Below, one piece after another: positions 54,663 to 64,000 of a stretch of 64,000 nt of DNA. The stretch is taken from assembly GCA_963823665.1 (NCBI GenBank), contig CAWGMQ010000003.1, forward strand, positions 1,344,001 to 1,408,000, in the 5' to 3' direction. This DNA comes from an uncultured Planctomycetota bacterium. Its GTDB lineage: Bacteria; Planctomycetota; Planctomycetia; Isosphaerales; Isosphaeraceae. Under the pieces are notes generated by a model. It saw nothing but the letters and a program-made list of their open reading frames with translations, searched no databases and was not told the origin of the DNA. The translations under genes were made by a program, and so were the position numbers. Numbering within the stretch: the first letter of the stretch is position 1; the number at the start of each line of letters is the position of its first letter.

Positions 54663-54691
54663 TTGACAGATTGGAGCCATCGGCTTAGTAT
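54663..54691 (+). promoter_or_regulatory. Putative sigma70 promoter of the PEP-CTERM gene
   Basis: TTGACA (54663-68), 17-nt spacer, TAGTAT (54686-91). A second ATTGACAGAT copy lies 30 nt upstream. Confidence 0.6.
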
Positions 54692-54766
54692 TTCGACCTC
54701 TCGGAGTGAATCTGATCTTGCGTACACATAGCGTCTCAATGACCAGGTCCAAGAGGGCCGACAGTC

Positions 54767-55721
54767 GTGCGAAATCTATGGACGAGCCGCCCGAGCTGCA
54801 TCTTCGCAGGCGTCATGCTTCTCGGCTCGGTTCTTTCAACGGCGAAGGCCGATCCGATCTCGCCATCGTATACGGTTACTGACCTCGGCTCGGGAAACGC
54901 CGCACTCACGACCAGCACGGGCGCGTCCATCCCGTTCGATTTCTCCGGCCTGGGAAGCTGCGCTCCCGAGCGGAGGTAGCGGTGCACAGATCACGTCGGT
55001 TTCGGTCGGCCAGACAAGTTATCCGTTCCTGTCTACGCCGGCCACGGTACTCACCACGAATCAGGGGATCATGACCAATTTTCCCCTGGCGGTCGCTGCA
55101 CCGGTGGGCGACCCAAATACCTACGGCAATCCCATCAACGCGTACAGCGTTGTTTCCAGCCCGCTGATGAACGGGAACGGAGTCGTTGTCGCAATCGACT
55201 CCGCGGGAGTATCGGGCCACGAAGGATCATCGGTTGTGTATTTCGCGCAACGAAACGCCGACGGCTCATGGGGATCGCCGACCATGGCGTGGGGCGGAAC
55301 CGAGCAATCGGGTCAGGGCCCGGTTGGCGGCGTTACACTCGCTGGAATCAACAACATGGGCCAGATCATCGGAACGATGAGCTATGACATCAACCACCCC
55401 TGGCTTACCAACGCGGTCGTCTATGACATCGCGGCGCACACGTTGACGAATTTGTCCTTATTGCCGGAGCTAGCAAGCTTTACCAACATCGTTCCGATTG
55501 CGATTGACGATTCGGGGCGGATCTTGGTCGAGGCGTCGCCGGTGGAACTTCTTTCGAACTTGCAAGGCGAGCAGACGCTTCTCTTGACCCCGGACGGCGG
55601 GCCAGGGAATCAGGTCGGAGTGCCCGAGCCGAGCTCGTTCGCGGTGATGGTGCTGGCGATGGGCGCATTCGCGGTCCGCTGCCTGGGCATCCGAATTCGC
55701 AGTCGGAACAACGAACGCTGA
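54767..55721 (+). CDS. PEP-CTERM exosortase-target protein (frameshift near 54958)
   Basis: Signal peptide ..VLSTAKA-DPISPSYTVTDLG; GINNMGQIIG; C-terminal VPEPSSFAVMVLAMGAFAVR plus basic tail. Confidence 0.85.
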
Positions 55722-55769
55722 TTTGTTGCACCGTGGCGAGGCGGCTGGCGACGAACAAGCTGAAAATGC

Positions 55770-55791
55770 GTCAGGCTGAAGCCTGATCTAC
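55770..55791 (-). repeat. GTAG-type REP palindrome
   Basis: Minus strand reads GTAG-ATCAGGC-TTCA-GCCTGAC. Confidence 0.65.
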
Positions 55792-55920
55792 GGAAATCGA
55801 ATCGCTTGACGCCTTTTTTTGCCCGGGCCAACGACATTTGTGGTACCATCGCCGGGGGTGGTTGCTGATTGGTTCGCGGTGTAAAGCGAAGGACAGGTGC
55901 CTCGGGATCGGGAGGTATCG

Positions 55921-58578
55921 ATGATCGTTACTGCACTTGTGATGGTGGCGCTCGTGCGAGCGCAGGCTCCTTCCGCCGCGGCGACGGTGTCGGGGCGAGT
56001 GCTCGACGCGGAGGGCCGGCCGGCGGTTGGGGTGGAGGTGTTGCTTTCGGGGCTGGAAGCGGGGTCGCCGGGGCGGCCGGTGCTTTCGCGGGCGAAGTCG
56101 GACAACTATGGGCGGTTCAAGATCGACGTTCCTGACGAGAAAGACCCGAGCAGGGCGAATTCTCCCCTGGCGCTCTGGGCTTATCGCGCGAAGTCGGGTC
56201 TGGCCGGGCAGGCGTTCACCCGGCGAGCGTTGCCGGCGACGGGCTCGGTGCGGTTGAAGTTGAGCGGGCCTGTGCAGACTGCACTGCGCGTGGTTGGGCC
56301 TGACGCGAAACCGGTCGCCGGTGCGCGGGTGGCGCCGGTGTCGGTGCACGTGCCCGGCGGAATGCGGCCGAGGTCTACGTATCCACTGCCTGACTCGCTC
56401 ACCAGGTTGCTCACGACCGAGACCGACGCTGGAGGCAAGGGGCAGATCGACGGATGTCGACCCGAGGATATCGATGCGGTTTGGGTCGAAGCGGCCGGGT
56501 TCGGACGACAAGGAACCGAGCTGGCCGCGGGTGCCGGCGCCACGCGGTCGATCACGCTCGAGCCAGCCGGTCGCTTGACCGGGCGCGTGCAGACGGACGA
56601 TCCATCCGATGCGCGTGGGTTGGCGATCAGCGCCATCACATTTCCGGGTGTTGAATCACGGGGTAGCCCACACACAGTGGGCGAGGGCCGAACGACGCCC
56701 GATGCCGGAGGCCGGTTCGAGATTGCGGCGCTGGCCGCGGGCAAGCTTGCGCTCAACGTCGTGCCGGCGGAGGGCTCCAAGCTCCGTCCCAAGCTTCCCG
56801 CGGATCTGGTGATCGAGCCGGGCAAGACGACCGAGGTCACGATTGCGATGGAAGGCCCTGCGCAGGCGCGAACAGTTGTGGGCCGTGTGGTCGACCGCGA
56901 AGGGCGGGCGGTCGAGGGTGCGGTTGTCTTTCAGTCGGGCGACTCTCCGGCGCGAACGGAGGCCGAGACCGGCGCGGATGGACGGTTCAAATTGCCTGGG
57001 GTTGTCACCCGGCCGACGTACGTGTTCGTGAGGAAACCGGGTTATTGCTTCGGCGGGCTGGTGATAGCGCCCGAATCAGAAGAGGTGACGCTGGCGATTC
57101 GTAAGGTGAGCGAGCCGCCGGTGCTCATGCGGAAGACGCTTCCGCCGGCGCTACCGCGTCAGGAAGAAATCGCTCTGGCGCGCCGCCTGATCGATCCCTA
57201 TGCGGAGCGAGTGTTCAAGCAAGGAGACGAGGGCGAGAAGGTGCGCACGCTTGAGGCGCTGGCACGAATCGAGCCCGAGCGCGTGCTCGAGTTGATCGAG
57301 CAGAAGAAAGTCTTCAGTGCCCCTTTTTTCAACGGCATGATCGGGCTGCAAGTCGCGCTGGGCATGATGGACGAAAGCGTCGACGAAGCCCTGGCGGTGC
57401 TGGAGGGGGTGGAGGATCCTGGGGCGAAGGCGATCGGCTGTATCATCGCGAGCCGCAAGATCGGCCTTCAGAAGCGAGCCCAGGCGATCGACGTGCTGGA
57501 ACGGGCGCTCTTGAACGCGAAGGCCGCGCGGGAGCCGGACGGCATCCGGCTGTTGCTCATGGGGCAGGTTGCCGAGGGGTTTCTTGACGTCGGTCAGGCA
57601 GAGCGCGGCCGCGCTTTGCTGCGTGAAGGGGAGACCGTGGCGAAACAGTTTCCAAAGGGAGGCTGGGCTGGCTACGCTCGCGGCGCTTTTGCCGAAGAGT
57701 TGGTGCAGATTGACGTCGAGGCGGCGCTGGGTCTGACGAAAGATCTGGACGATCCTCGGGAATTCGACCGGCATCACGGCAACATTGCTCATGAGCTGGG
57801 GAGCCGAGACCCGGCGCGCGCCGAGGCAGTGCTGATGATGGTCAGGGATCGGTTGCAGCGTGACCTGTACACGGTGCGGGTCGTCTATCGCATGGCACCT
57901 GTCGACCTTGCCAGGGCGCGTCGACTGGCCGAAGCGATCGGCGACGATGGTCTCAAGGGGTTTGGCCTGGGAATGATGGCCCTGCGCCTGAGCGAGGCCC
58001 GGAAGGAGGCCGCGCGCGAGGTGCTGGCGAGTGCGTACGAATCGCTCGAGCGTTCATCCCATATCATCCAGCCGAAACCGAACAGCCTCTACTACTTCTG
58101 CTCCGTCGCGGCCGCACTGCTGCCGGTTGCGGAGCAAGTCGACCCCGGCCTCGTCGATGAGTATCTATGGCGCAGCCTCGCGATGCGACGGCCACACCCG
58201 TGGGAGGCCGACCTTAACGGTCGTATGCCCGGACAGGCCGACGCGCCGCTGGCGATGATGCTGGCGCGGTACGACCGGGCTATCGCCCATTCGCTCGTCG
58301 AGCCGCTCGCGCGGGACACCGGGCCGGCCCACGCCTATTTCTCGAACCGGGGTGAGCTGCATGCAGCGGCGGCAGCGATCGACCCGAAATGGGCCGTTGC
58401 ACTGGTTGAAGCGATGGCGGATGATCCCGACTTGAAGCTCCAGAGTCCGAAGAATTCTGCACGGCTTGCCGTCGCGAACGTGCTGGGGCGCGCGGGCGAA
58501 CAGCGGTTCAGGAAGCTTCTGTCGTCGTTCCTCTTCCTCTGGGTGCCGGATGTTGAGGATGTTGATCCGTATGAATGA
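55921..58578 (+). CDS. Secreted protein with carboxypeptidase-regulatory-like repeats and helical C-terminal region
   Basis: GGAGG RBS; signal peptide; VSGRVLDAEGRPAVGVEV, VGPDAKPVAGARV, VGRVVDREGRAVEGAVV, TGADGRF. Confidence 0.8.
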   Translation: MIVTALVMVALVRAQAPSAAATVSGRVLDAEGRPAVGVEVLLSGLEAGSPGRPVLSRAKSDNYGRFKIDVPDEKDPSRANSPLALWAYRAKSGLAGQAFTRRALPATGSVRLKLSGPVQTALRVVGPDAKPVAGARVAPVSVHVPGGMRPRSTYPLPDSLTRLLTTETDAGGKGQIDGCRPEDIDAVWVEAAGFGRQGTELAAGAGATRSITLEPAGRLTGRVQTDDPSDARGLAISAITFPGVESRGSPHTVGEGRTTPDAGGRFEIAALAAGKLALNVVPAEGSKLRPKLPADLVIEPGKTTEVTIAMEGPAQARTVVGRVVDREGRAVEGAVVFQSGDSPARTEAETGADGRFKLPGVVTRPTYVFVRKPGYCFGGLVIAPESEEVTLAIRKVSEPPVLMRKTLPPALPRQEEIALARRLIDPYAERVFKQGDEGEKVRTLEALARIEPERVLELIEQKKVFSAPFFNGMIGLQVALGMMDESVDEALAVLEGVEDPGAKAIGCIIASRKIGLQKRAQAIDVLERALLNAKAAREPDGIRLLLMGQVAEGFLDVGQAERGRALLREGETVAKQFPKGGWAGYARGAFAEELVQIDVEAALGLTKDLDDPREFDRHHGNIAHELGSRDPARAEAVLMMVRDRLQRDLYTVRVVYRMAPVDLARARRLAEAIGDDGLKGFGLGMMALRLSEARKEAAREVLASAYESLERSSHIIQPKPNSLYYFCSVAAALLPVAEQVDPGLVDEYLWRSLAMRRPHPWEADLNGRMPGQADAPLAMMLARYDRAIAHSLVEPLARDTGPAHAYFSNRGELHAAAAAIDPKWAVALVEAMADDPDLKLQSPKNSARLAVANVLGRAGEQRFRKLLSSFLFLWVPDVEDVDPYE

Positions 58579-58610
58579 AACCACCCAGGGCGATGCCTAA
58601 GGGTGGCCCA

Positions 58611-59876
58611 TCACGGGTCCGGAAGTTCCGGCTCTTTTTCCGACTTCACAAACCCCTCCAGCAACCCCGCCAGCTCCGTGGCGCTCGGGATTTCTTTGAA
58701 CCGAAGCACCGGCACCTTGAAGTCTTGAAATGCCTCTTCGTCGACTTTGAGGCGATCGGAGATTGCCAGCACCACGCGCGGTGGGCCGTGCAGCGGCAGG
58801 AGCCGCATCAGGCGCTCCACGCTGGATTTTTTCCAGTAGCCGAGCACCTCGATGAAGACGTCGATTCCGCTCGCGGTGTGCACGGCCCGGTAGTCGGGCA
58901 CCCACACGCCTTCGCGGCCGAGCTCGATCAAGCTAGTCGCCTCGGAGATTTCCCAGGCGGGGGCGACCTGGCGAAACCGCTCGACGAATGCGGCCAGCTC
59001 GGCGGGCACGTAGGTTCCCGAGTCTTGCCCGTGCCAGACCAGGCCATCGCGTGAGTCGAGATAGAAGCTGCGCACCTCGCGGCGAGGGCCCCATCGCAGC
59101 TCGGCTTCGAGGCGGAAATTCGAGCAGGACAAGAGCGCGGGCAGGAAGAGCGCGACTTGCATCCCGTACCTGGTGGTCGCGCTGAAGAGCGAGAGCGGCC
59201 CGTCGATGTGGAACACATAGCCGTCGGTCATGTTGCCTTCAACGCGGTGGAGCAGCCGGTGGAATTTCAACCGCCGGAAGAGCTGGCGATAACGTGGCGG
59301 GCGCTCGTGCTTGACTTCGGCGCGCAAGTACACCGAGCGGAGCAAGACCGCCTGCGCTAGCGCGACGTTGTAGCGATCGATCAATCGCTGTGCGGTCAAG
59401 TCGTCGAAGCGCAGCAGGCGGTTCTCGTCGCGCAGGTCGGCAAACAGCGCGTTCATCACGGCATCAGGGCTCAGGTCAAGCACATCGGCGACGGCCTTGA
59501 TGATCTCATCGCGCTGGAACGCATTCCGGTGGCCGGCGCTGGTCCGCGCGGCCCGCATCTGAAGGCGATAGTCGGCAGCGGCCGTGAAGACCTTTTCGCG
59601 CAGCTCTTCCGGAGGGACGTCGGAGACGACCTCGAATTCCGCGCGATCCTCGAGCACCTTGGCGAGCCCGCGATAGACCTGGGTCGCCCTGCCCCCCGCG
59701 CCGAAGAGCTCGTCGACCTCGCTTTCGATCTGGCCGCGCGTCATTCCGATCCCCTCGCGGAACAAGAGGAGCAGGCTCTCGGCCGTTTCGAGCCAGGGCT
59801 CGGCCGTGCGGTCGAGATAAATCGGAATCACGCGCTGCTTGGTGGTCCTGACTCGAACCAGATTTCCGGTGAGCAT
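58611..59876 (-). CDS. DUF790 family (Bax1-like) nuclease
   Basis: MLTGNLVR start, LFADL..E, LIDRYNVALAQAVL, IDGPLSLF..TTRYG..VALFLPAL, VWVPDY...FIEVLGYW. Confidence 0.88.
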   Translation of the reverse strand: MLTGNLVRVRTTKQRVIPIYLDRTAEPWLETAESLLLLFREGIGMTRGQIESEVDELFGAGGRATQVYRGLAKVLEDRAEFEVVSDVPPEELREKVFTAAADYRLQMRAARTSAGHRNAFQRDEIIKAVADVLDLSPDAVMNALFADLRDENRLLRFDDLTAQRLIDRYNVALAQAVLLRSVYLRAEVKHERPPRYRQLFRRLKFHRLLHRVEGNMTDGYVFHIDGPLSLFSATTRYGMQVALFLPALLSCSNFRLEAELRWGPRREVRSFYLDSRDGLVWHGQDSGTYVPAELAAFVERFRQVAPAWEISEATSLIELGREGVWVPDYRAVHTASGIDVFIEVLGYWKKSSVERLMRLLPLHGPPRVVLAISDRLKVDEEAFQDFKVPVLRFKEIPSATELAGLLEGFVKSEKEPELPDP

Positions 59877-59879
59877 GGG

Positions 59880-61310
59880 TCAAGACGTCCCCTGGTCGTC
59901 GGGGTTCCCATCATACGCATCGTGCTTGCGGCGGCGGCTCGATGTGAATTCCTCGGCGGTTCCCCGGGTGATCACTTCGTAGAGCAAGGCATCCTTGTTG
60001 CCGGACTTGCGTAAGATCCGTCCCAGGCGCTGGACGTGCTCGCGGACCGAGCCGGAGCCAGACAGGACGATCGCCACGTTGGCCTCGGGAACGTTCACGC
60101 CCTCGTTCAAGACCCGCGACGTGGCGACGATGGGATAAGTCCCCGCGTTGAACCGCAGCAGGATTTCCCGGCGCTCCTTGGTCTTGGTCTGGTGCGTGAT
60201 CACGGGCACCAGGAACTGGCGGGCGATCGTGTAGACGGTTGCATTGTCGTGGGTGAAGATCAGGACACGGTCGCCGTTGTGGCGTTCGAGCAGATGAGCC
60301 AGTAGACTGAGTTTTGCCGGCGCGGCCAGCGCCAGCTCGCGCTGCTCGCGATAGGCGTGAAATGCCTGACGGCCCTCGGGCGAGCGGTGCGCCAGAAAGA
60401 GGAACTGCCCCCAGCCGTTGGGCTGGCTCATGTTGATGCCCGAGCTGTGCACGAACGCGCGATAGACCTCGCGCGCCTGGTCGTATCGGATGCGGTCTTC
60501 GTCGCTGAGGGAAACGTACAATCGCTCGACGCGATACTCTGCCAGATAGTTGCCGCGAAGCTGTGTGATCTCGCGGCGGTAGCTTTCCGGTCCGATCAAC
60601 TGGTCGAGGTGCGTGTGGGCATTGTCGGCACGTTCCGGCGTGGCGGTAAGTCCCAGCCGGAATGGAGCAATCGCGCAGGTGGCTGCCAGGCCGTAGGTCG
60701 GCCCGGGCAGATGGTGGCATTCGTCGAACACGATGAATCCAAAGCGATTGCCCAGGCGTTCCATGTTCAGGTAGGCCGAATCATAGGTGGTCACGGTGAT
60801 CGGCTTGATGTCGTACGACCCGCCGCCCATGAGCCCGATCTCGACGCCGAAGCTCAGGCAGAGCTCGTCGTACCACTGGTTCAAAAGGTCGATTGTCGGG
60901 GTGACGATCAGGGTCGGCCGCGCGGCGCGCTCGATCGCCATGTTGGCCAGGTGCGTCTTGCCGGTTCCGGTAGGCAGCACGACCACGCCTCGGCCGCCTT
61001 GATCCCACCACGCCTTGAGTGCTTCGACCTGGTGCGGGAATGGTTCCTTGGCGACCTGGAGCCGCCAGTTGGCGGGCTCGTAAGCCCGGGCCGTGTCGGT
61101 GTACGCCCTCTTTTCGCGGCGAAGCTGCTCGACGATCAAGCGATAGCACATCGCTGGGGCGCGGAACTGCTGCGTGCGCGGGTCGAACTTCACGCCCGGC
61201 AAGTTCGGTTCGTCGCCCTGGGAGGGGCCCTCGACGACCAGTGTTCCCGCGTTGAAGAGCAGGCGTAGCGGCGCGGCCTGCCCGTTGGGAGCGGCGGCGG
61301 CCGCGGTCAT
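59880..61310 (-). CDS. XPB/Rad25-like superfamily 2 DNA helicase
   Basis: PFPHQVEAL, GVVVLPTGTGKT, VTTYDSA, VFDECHHL, RLGLTATPER, VLNEGVNVPEA, GSGSVREHVQRLGRILR. Confidence 0.92.
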   Translation of the reverse strand: MTAAAAAPNGQAAPLRLLFNAGTLVVEGPSQGDEPNLPGVKFDPRTQQFRAPAMCYRLIVEQLRREKRAYTDTARAYEPANWRLQVAKEPFPHQVEALKAWWDQGGRGVVVLPTGTGKTHLANMAIERAARPTLIVTPTIDLLNQWYDELCLSFGVEIGLMGGGSYDIKPITVTTYDSAYLNMERLGNRFGFIVFDECHHLPGPTYGLAATCAIAPFRLGLTATPERADNAHTHLDQLIGPESYRREITQLRGNYLAEYRVERLYVSLSDEDRIRYDQAREVYRAFVHSSGINMSQPNGWGQFLFLAHRSPEGRQAFHAYREQRELALAAPAKLSLLAHLLERHNGDRVLIFTHDNATVYTIARQFLVPVITHQTKTKERREILLRFNAGTYPIVATSRVLNEGVNVPEANVAIVLSGSGSVREHVQRLGRILRKSGNKDALLYEVITRGTAEEFTSSRRRKHDAYDGNPDDQGTS

Positions 61311-61471
61311 GGACGCGGTCCTCGTGATGAAGTCGAACTCACTTGCACAAAGAAACGTGTCACGGCAATTGCTTGATGAACCGAACCGAGCCGAACCGAA
61401 ACAGAGCAGCGGAGGAAGCCAGGCATCCCGCCGGCGCCGACAACGCATCTTCAGTGTACCCGAGTTGATGA

Positions 61472-62070
61472 TCAAGCGAGAGGAAACTTGCGCCTGAGCT
61501 TTTCGAGCGCGGCGCGCTCGAGCGCGCTGACGTCGCGCCACTGCCCGGGTGCCAGATCCCCGAGCGCGACCGGACCGACCGCAACGCGAACCAGGCGGAG
61601 CGTAGGGTGCCCAACCGCGGCGGTCATCCGTCGCACCTGGCGATTTCGGCCTTCGGTGATCGAGAGTTTGAGCCAGGCGGTCGGAACGTTCTTGCGAAAG
61701 CGAATCGGAACCGGCCGATCGGGCAGGGCGGGCTCGGACTCGAGCAGCTCGGCGTGGGCGCGGCGCGCTGTCCGTCGCGCAGGAGCACGCCGTCCCGAAG
61801 CATTTGAACCGCAGCGGGGTCAGGCACGCGCTCGACCTGGACCAGATAGGTCTTGGGGTGCTCAAACCGCGGGTCTGTCAAGCGATGTGCCAGGCCGCCA
61901 TCCTCGGTCAAGAGCAGCAGTCCCTCGCTGTCGAAGTCGAGACGCCCCGCTGGATAGATTCCGGGAATCGGCACGAGCGGCGCGAGCGTGGGCCTTGCCG
62001 ATGAGTCGCGGAACTGGCAGAGCACGCCGTATGGCTTGTAGAGCGCGATGGTGCGGAAGCGTTGGGACAT
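61472..62070 (-). CDS. RsuA/RluE-family rRNA pseudouridine synthase (frameshift near 61765)
   Basis: YKPYGVLCQF, YPAGRLDFDSEGLLLLT, HPKTYLVQVE. The second frame, read manually, gives PIRFRKNVPTAWLKLSITEGRNRQVRRMTAAVGHPTLRLVR...KLRRKFPLA*. Confidence 0.88.
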
Positions 62071-62204
62071 GGTTGCGGGCTGCGTCGGGGTTCGCGGGTC
62101 GAGTTCGAATTTGTGATCATGGGCTATTCGAACCATGCGGGGTCTTCCATGTCCACACCGACTGTTTCACCGCCGGATCTTCTGACGGCCGAGGAATAAA
62201 TGGC

Positions 62205-62409
62205 GGGCCGCTCGCATCGCGACTTGCGAGTCGGCCCATCAACGGGCGCGGTGGCGCCCCGCCCTACCGCTGGCCCATTTCGTACGCGACGAAATCGGCT
62301 GAGCGGTTCGACTGCGGAGTACGAAGGACGTACTTTCGCAGAGCGAAAGGCGACACTGGATTGCCGATGGGGCATGAAAGACGTACTTTCGCGGAGCGAA
62401 AGGCGACAA
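62205..62409. repeat. Cluster of REP-like palindromes
   Basis: Two copies of GACGTACTTTCGC(A/G)GAGCGAAAGGCGACA 53 nt apart (62328, 62381). GTAG-footed hairpin on the minus strand at 62244-62267. Hairpin GGGCCG..CGGCCC at 62205-62238. Confidence 0.75.
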
Positions 62410-62416
62410 TGGCGTC

Positions 62417-63007
62417 TCAGGCGCTCGCCGCTCGTCTTCGCTTGAATCCCGCATAAGCGCACGTGGCGGCCAGGCCGATGCCTCCCAGGACCAGCGTGGA
62501 AGGCTCGGGGACGGATTGGAACTGCACCAGAAAGGTTTCGGTTGCACCCTGGAACGGACCACCCTGATAGACAACCGCCGTCAAGATGGGAATCTGATAC
62601 GGCGCCGAGATACCCATGAGCGTGGTTGGCGAGTCGGGGCTGGTGAATGAGAATCCAGAGAGCGAGCTTCCGGGTGCTAGAGCATTTGTCACCGGGCTCG
62701 CCTCCCACCGGATTGCGTAGCCGTCGGGAGCCGCGCCATGGGTGATCGCATTCACATCCCAGCCGGCTGGAGCCTGAGCATTAGTGGGCATGTCGGGCAT
62801 GAAATCCTTGCCTGGAACCCAGGCAAACCAGAATGTGCCAATCGGGTCGGTGCTCGCGCTCGAGTTGGTGAGCGTGATCGCGTAATCCCAATCGCTGCCG
62901 TCGGCTTTGGCGGTGATCACCGCGCTGGCGCTGATCCCGGCAGCACGAGCAGGGCTTGTTGCCAAACCGATGGCAAGCAAGGCGCAGAATAGACAGAACC
63001 GTCTCAT
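62417..63007 (-). CDS. PEP-CTERM exosortase-target protein
   Basis: Signal peptide MRRFCLFCALLAIGLATSPARA; C-terminal VPEPSTLVLGGIGLAATCAYAGFKRRR. Confidence 0.9.
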   Translation of the reverse strand: MRRFCLFCALLAIGLATSPARAAGISASAVITAKADGSDWDYAITLTNSSASTDPIGTFWFAWVPGKDFMPDMPTNAQAPAGWDVNAITHGAAPDGYAIRWEASPVTNALAPGSSLSGFSFTSPDSPTTLMGISAPYQIPILTAVVYQGGPFQGATETFLVQFQSVPEPSTLVLGGIGLAATCAYAGFKRRRAASA

Positions 63008-63500
63008 ATCATCTCCTCTGGAAACTTTGAAGCGCATTGGTACACAACGCCGCTCCGCCCGTTCCCGCGCCATGGGTGCGCAGGAGCGTGCGGCGTCCGG
63101 CGCAGCTCGTGCTAGCGGTTGAAGACCAACACCAGATTGAAGTCCGCTGCTCGGACGAGCGATTAACCGAGCACCGAGCCCGCTAGCGGACCCCGGCGCG
63201 TCTCGTGTCGAGCGCCTTGCTGCTTGCGCGGCGAAAGCTCTCGCCGCGAAGGCCGAAGGGATCTCTTTGCAAGACTAGCAAAGAACATCCCGTTCCATGA
63301 TTCTCTGTCAATCAATGCCGCGTTTGGTTGCGGACAGTAAAGAAGTGCTTCGGTCCCGACGCGAGGTTACAGTTTTTCGGATCAGTCCTGCGGTGAAACC
63401 TGATCTCGCCAGCAATAGTGTTCTTTGGTATAGTATTGTTGTCTCGGATTGAGTGGCAGCTCAGAGGGTGAAGAGGTGGTTCAAGCGAGGTGAGGAAGCG

Positions 63501-64000
63501 ATGAGCGAGCCGGAGATTCCACTACGTCGCGGGCGTGGGGCGCGGATCAACCCGCCCAACCGGTTCGAGGCGACTCATCGCGAGCTTGATCTCGAGCAGG
63601 TCGAGGGGGACGACGAATACCTGGAGAGCCTGGGCCGGCCGCCGACTGAGTATCTGCCAGATACCTCCCGGAGCATCATCGCTAAAAACGATAGCCCTGA
63701 TGTCGGGTTCGAGGTGAGCTTCAACCCGTATCGTGGGTGTGAACACGGCTGCATTTACTGTTACGCGCGGCCGACGCATGAGTATCTCGGTTTCTCATCG
63801 GGTCTCGACTTCGAGACCAAGATCATGGTCAAGCACGATGCGCCCGAGCTCTTGCGACAGACGCTTTCATCGCCGCGGTGGCAGCCGCGGGTTCTGGGGC
63901 TCTCGGGAGTGACGGATGCCTATCAGCCCGTGGAGCGGCGGCTGGAGCTTACGCGGCGCTGTCTCGAGGTTCTCGCCGAGTTTCGCCAGGCCGTTGCGAT
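63501..64000 (+). CDS. PA0069-family radical SAM protein (3'-truncated by window; absent from ORF track)
   Basis: Manual translation: MSEPEIPLRRGRGARINPPNRFE...SRSIIAKNDSPDVGFEVSFNPYRGCEHGCIYCYARPTHEYLG..GLDFETKI..SGVTDAYQPVERRLELTR (CxxxCxxC). Confidence 0.92.
   Translation, partial: MSEPEIPLRRGRGARINPPNRFEATHRELDLEQVEGDDEYLESLGRPPTEYLPDTSRSIIAKNDSPDVGFEVSFNPYRGCEHGCIYCYARPTHEYLGFSSGLDFETKIMVKHDAPELLRQTLSSPRWQPRVLGLSGVTDAYQPVERRLELTRRCLEVLAEFRQAVA

Noticed and set aside
61311..61865. N-terminal extension of the helicase in the ORF track (661 aa)
   Set aside because: It overlaps the frameshifted pseudouridine synthase. ATG 61310 has a GAGG RBS and gives a normal XPB length.
62321..62409. 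Two ~30-nt palindromic repeats with a spacer as a mini-CRISPR
   Set aside because: Only two copies, no cas genes or leader, and a decayed copy elsewhere; this fits a REP-like element better.
63501..64000. Radical SAM as peptide maturase
   Set aside because: The motifs match the PA0069/SPL-like family rather than SPASM maturases, and it is 16 kb from the peptide.

Overview
GC-rich bacterial chromosomal DNA, almost certainly from a planctomycete (Isosphaeraceae/Gemmataceae-like). This rests on the Planc_extracel-type N-terminal motifs, ECF sigma plus Hanks kinase pairs, DUF1501/DUF1800, DUF4058, a planctomycete cytochrome c-WD40 gene and two PEP-CTERM genes. About 16 small frameshifts split otherwise intact genes, which looks like uncorrected long-read indel error. 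1-21.8 kb holds two parallel cassettes, each a membrane Ser/Thr kinase followed by a giant (>2200 aa) extracellular protein; the two giants share an N-terminal export motif and an unnamed C-terminal motif VL-x11-L[VI]xDLA[LF]EQVS plus a basic tail. 22-43 kb holds accessory nucleases, a membrane-anchored ECF, DUF1800/DUF1501, PPC and cytochrome-WD40 genes, TolC, ArsR, a CusF-SCO fusion, a creatininase-family gene and gdhA. The best candidate for a new system is 43.7-49.4 kb: a transmembrane Ser/Thr kinase with a TPR array, then a 56-aa double-glycine-leader peptide (core ASQPPPTTGGGGSGGVQPNT), then an NHLP-type HlyD secretion adaptor. It suggests peptide signalling or a RiPP-like pathway tied to a Hanks kinase. 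49-64 kb holds TPR, AsmA-like and PEP-CTERM genes, an archaeal-like XPB-Bax1 (DUF790) pair, a pseudouridine synthase and a partial PA0069 radical SAM gene. Several REP-like palindromes are present. No tRNA, rRNA, CRISPR array or transposase was recognised. All family assignments come from motif recognition, not database searches.
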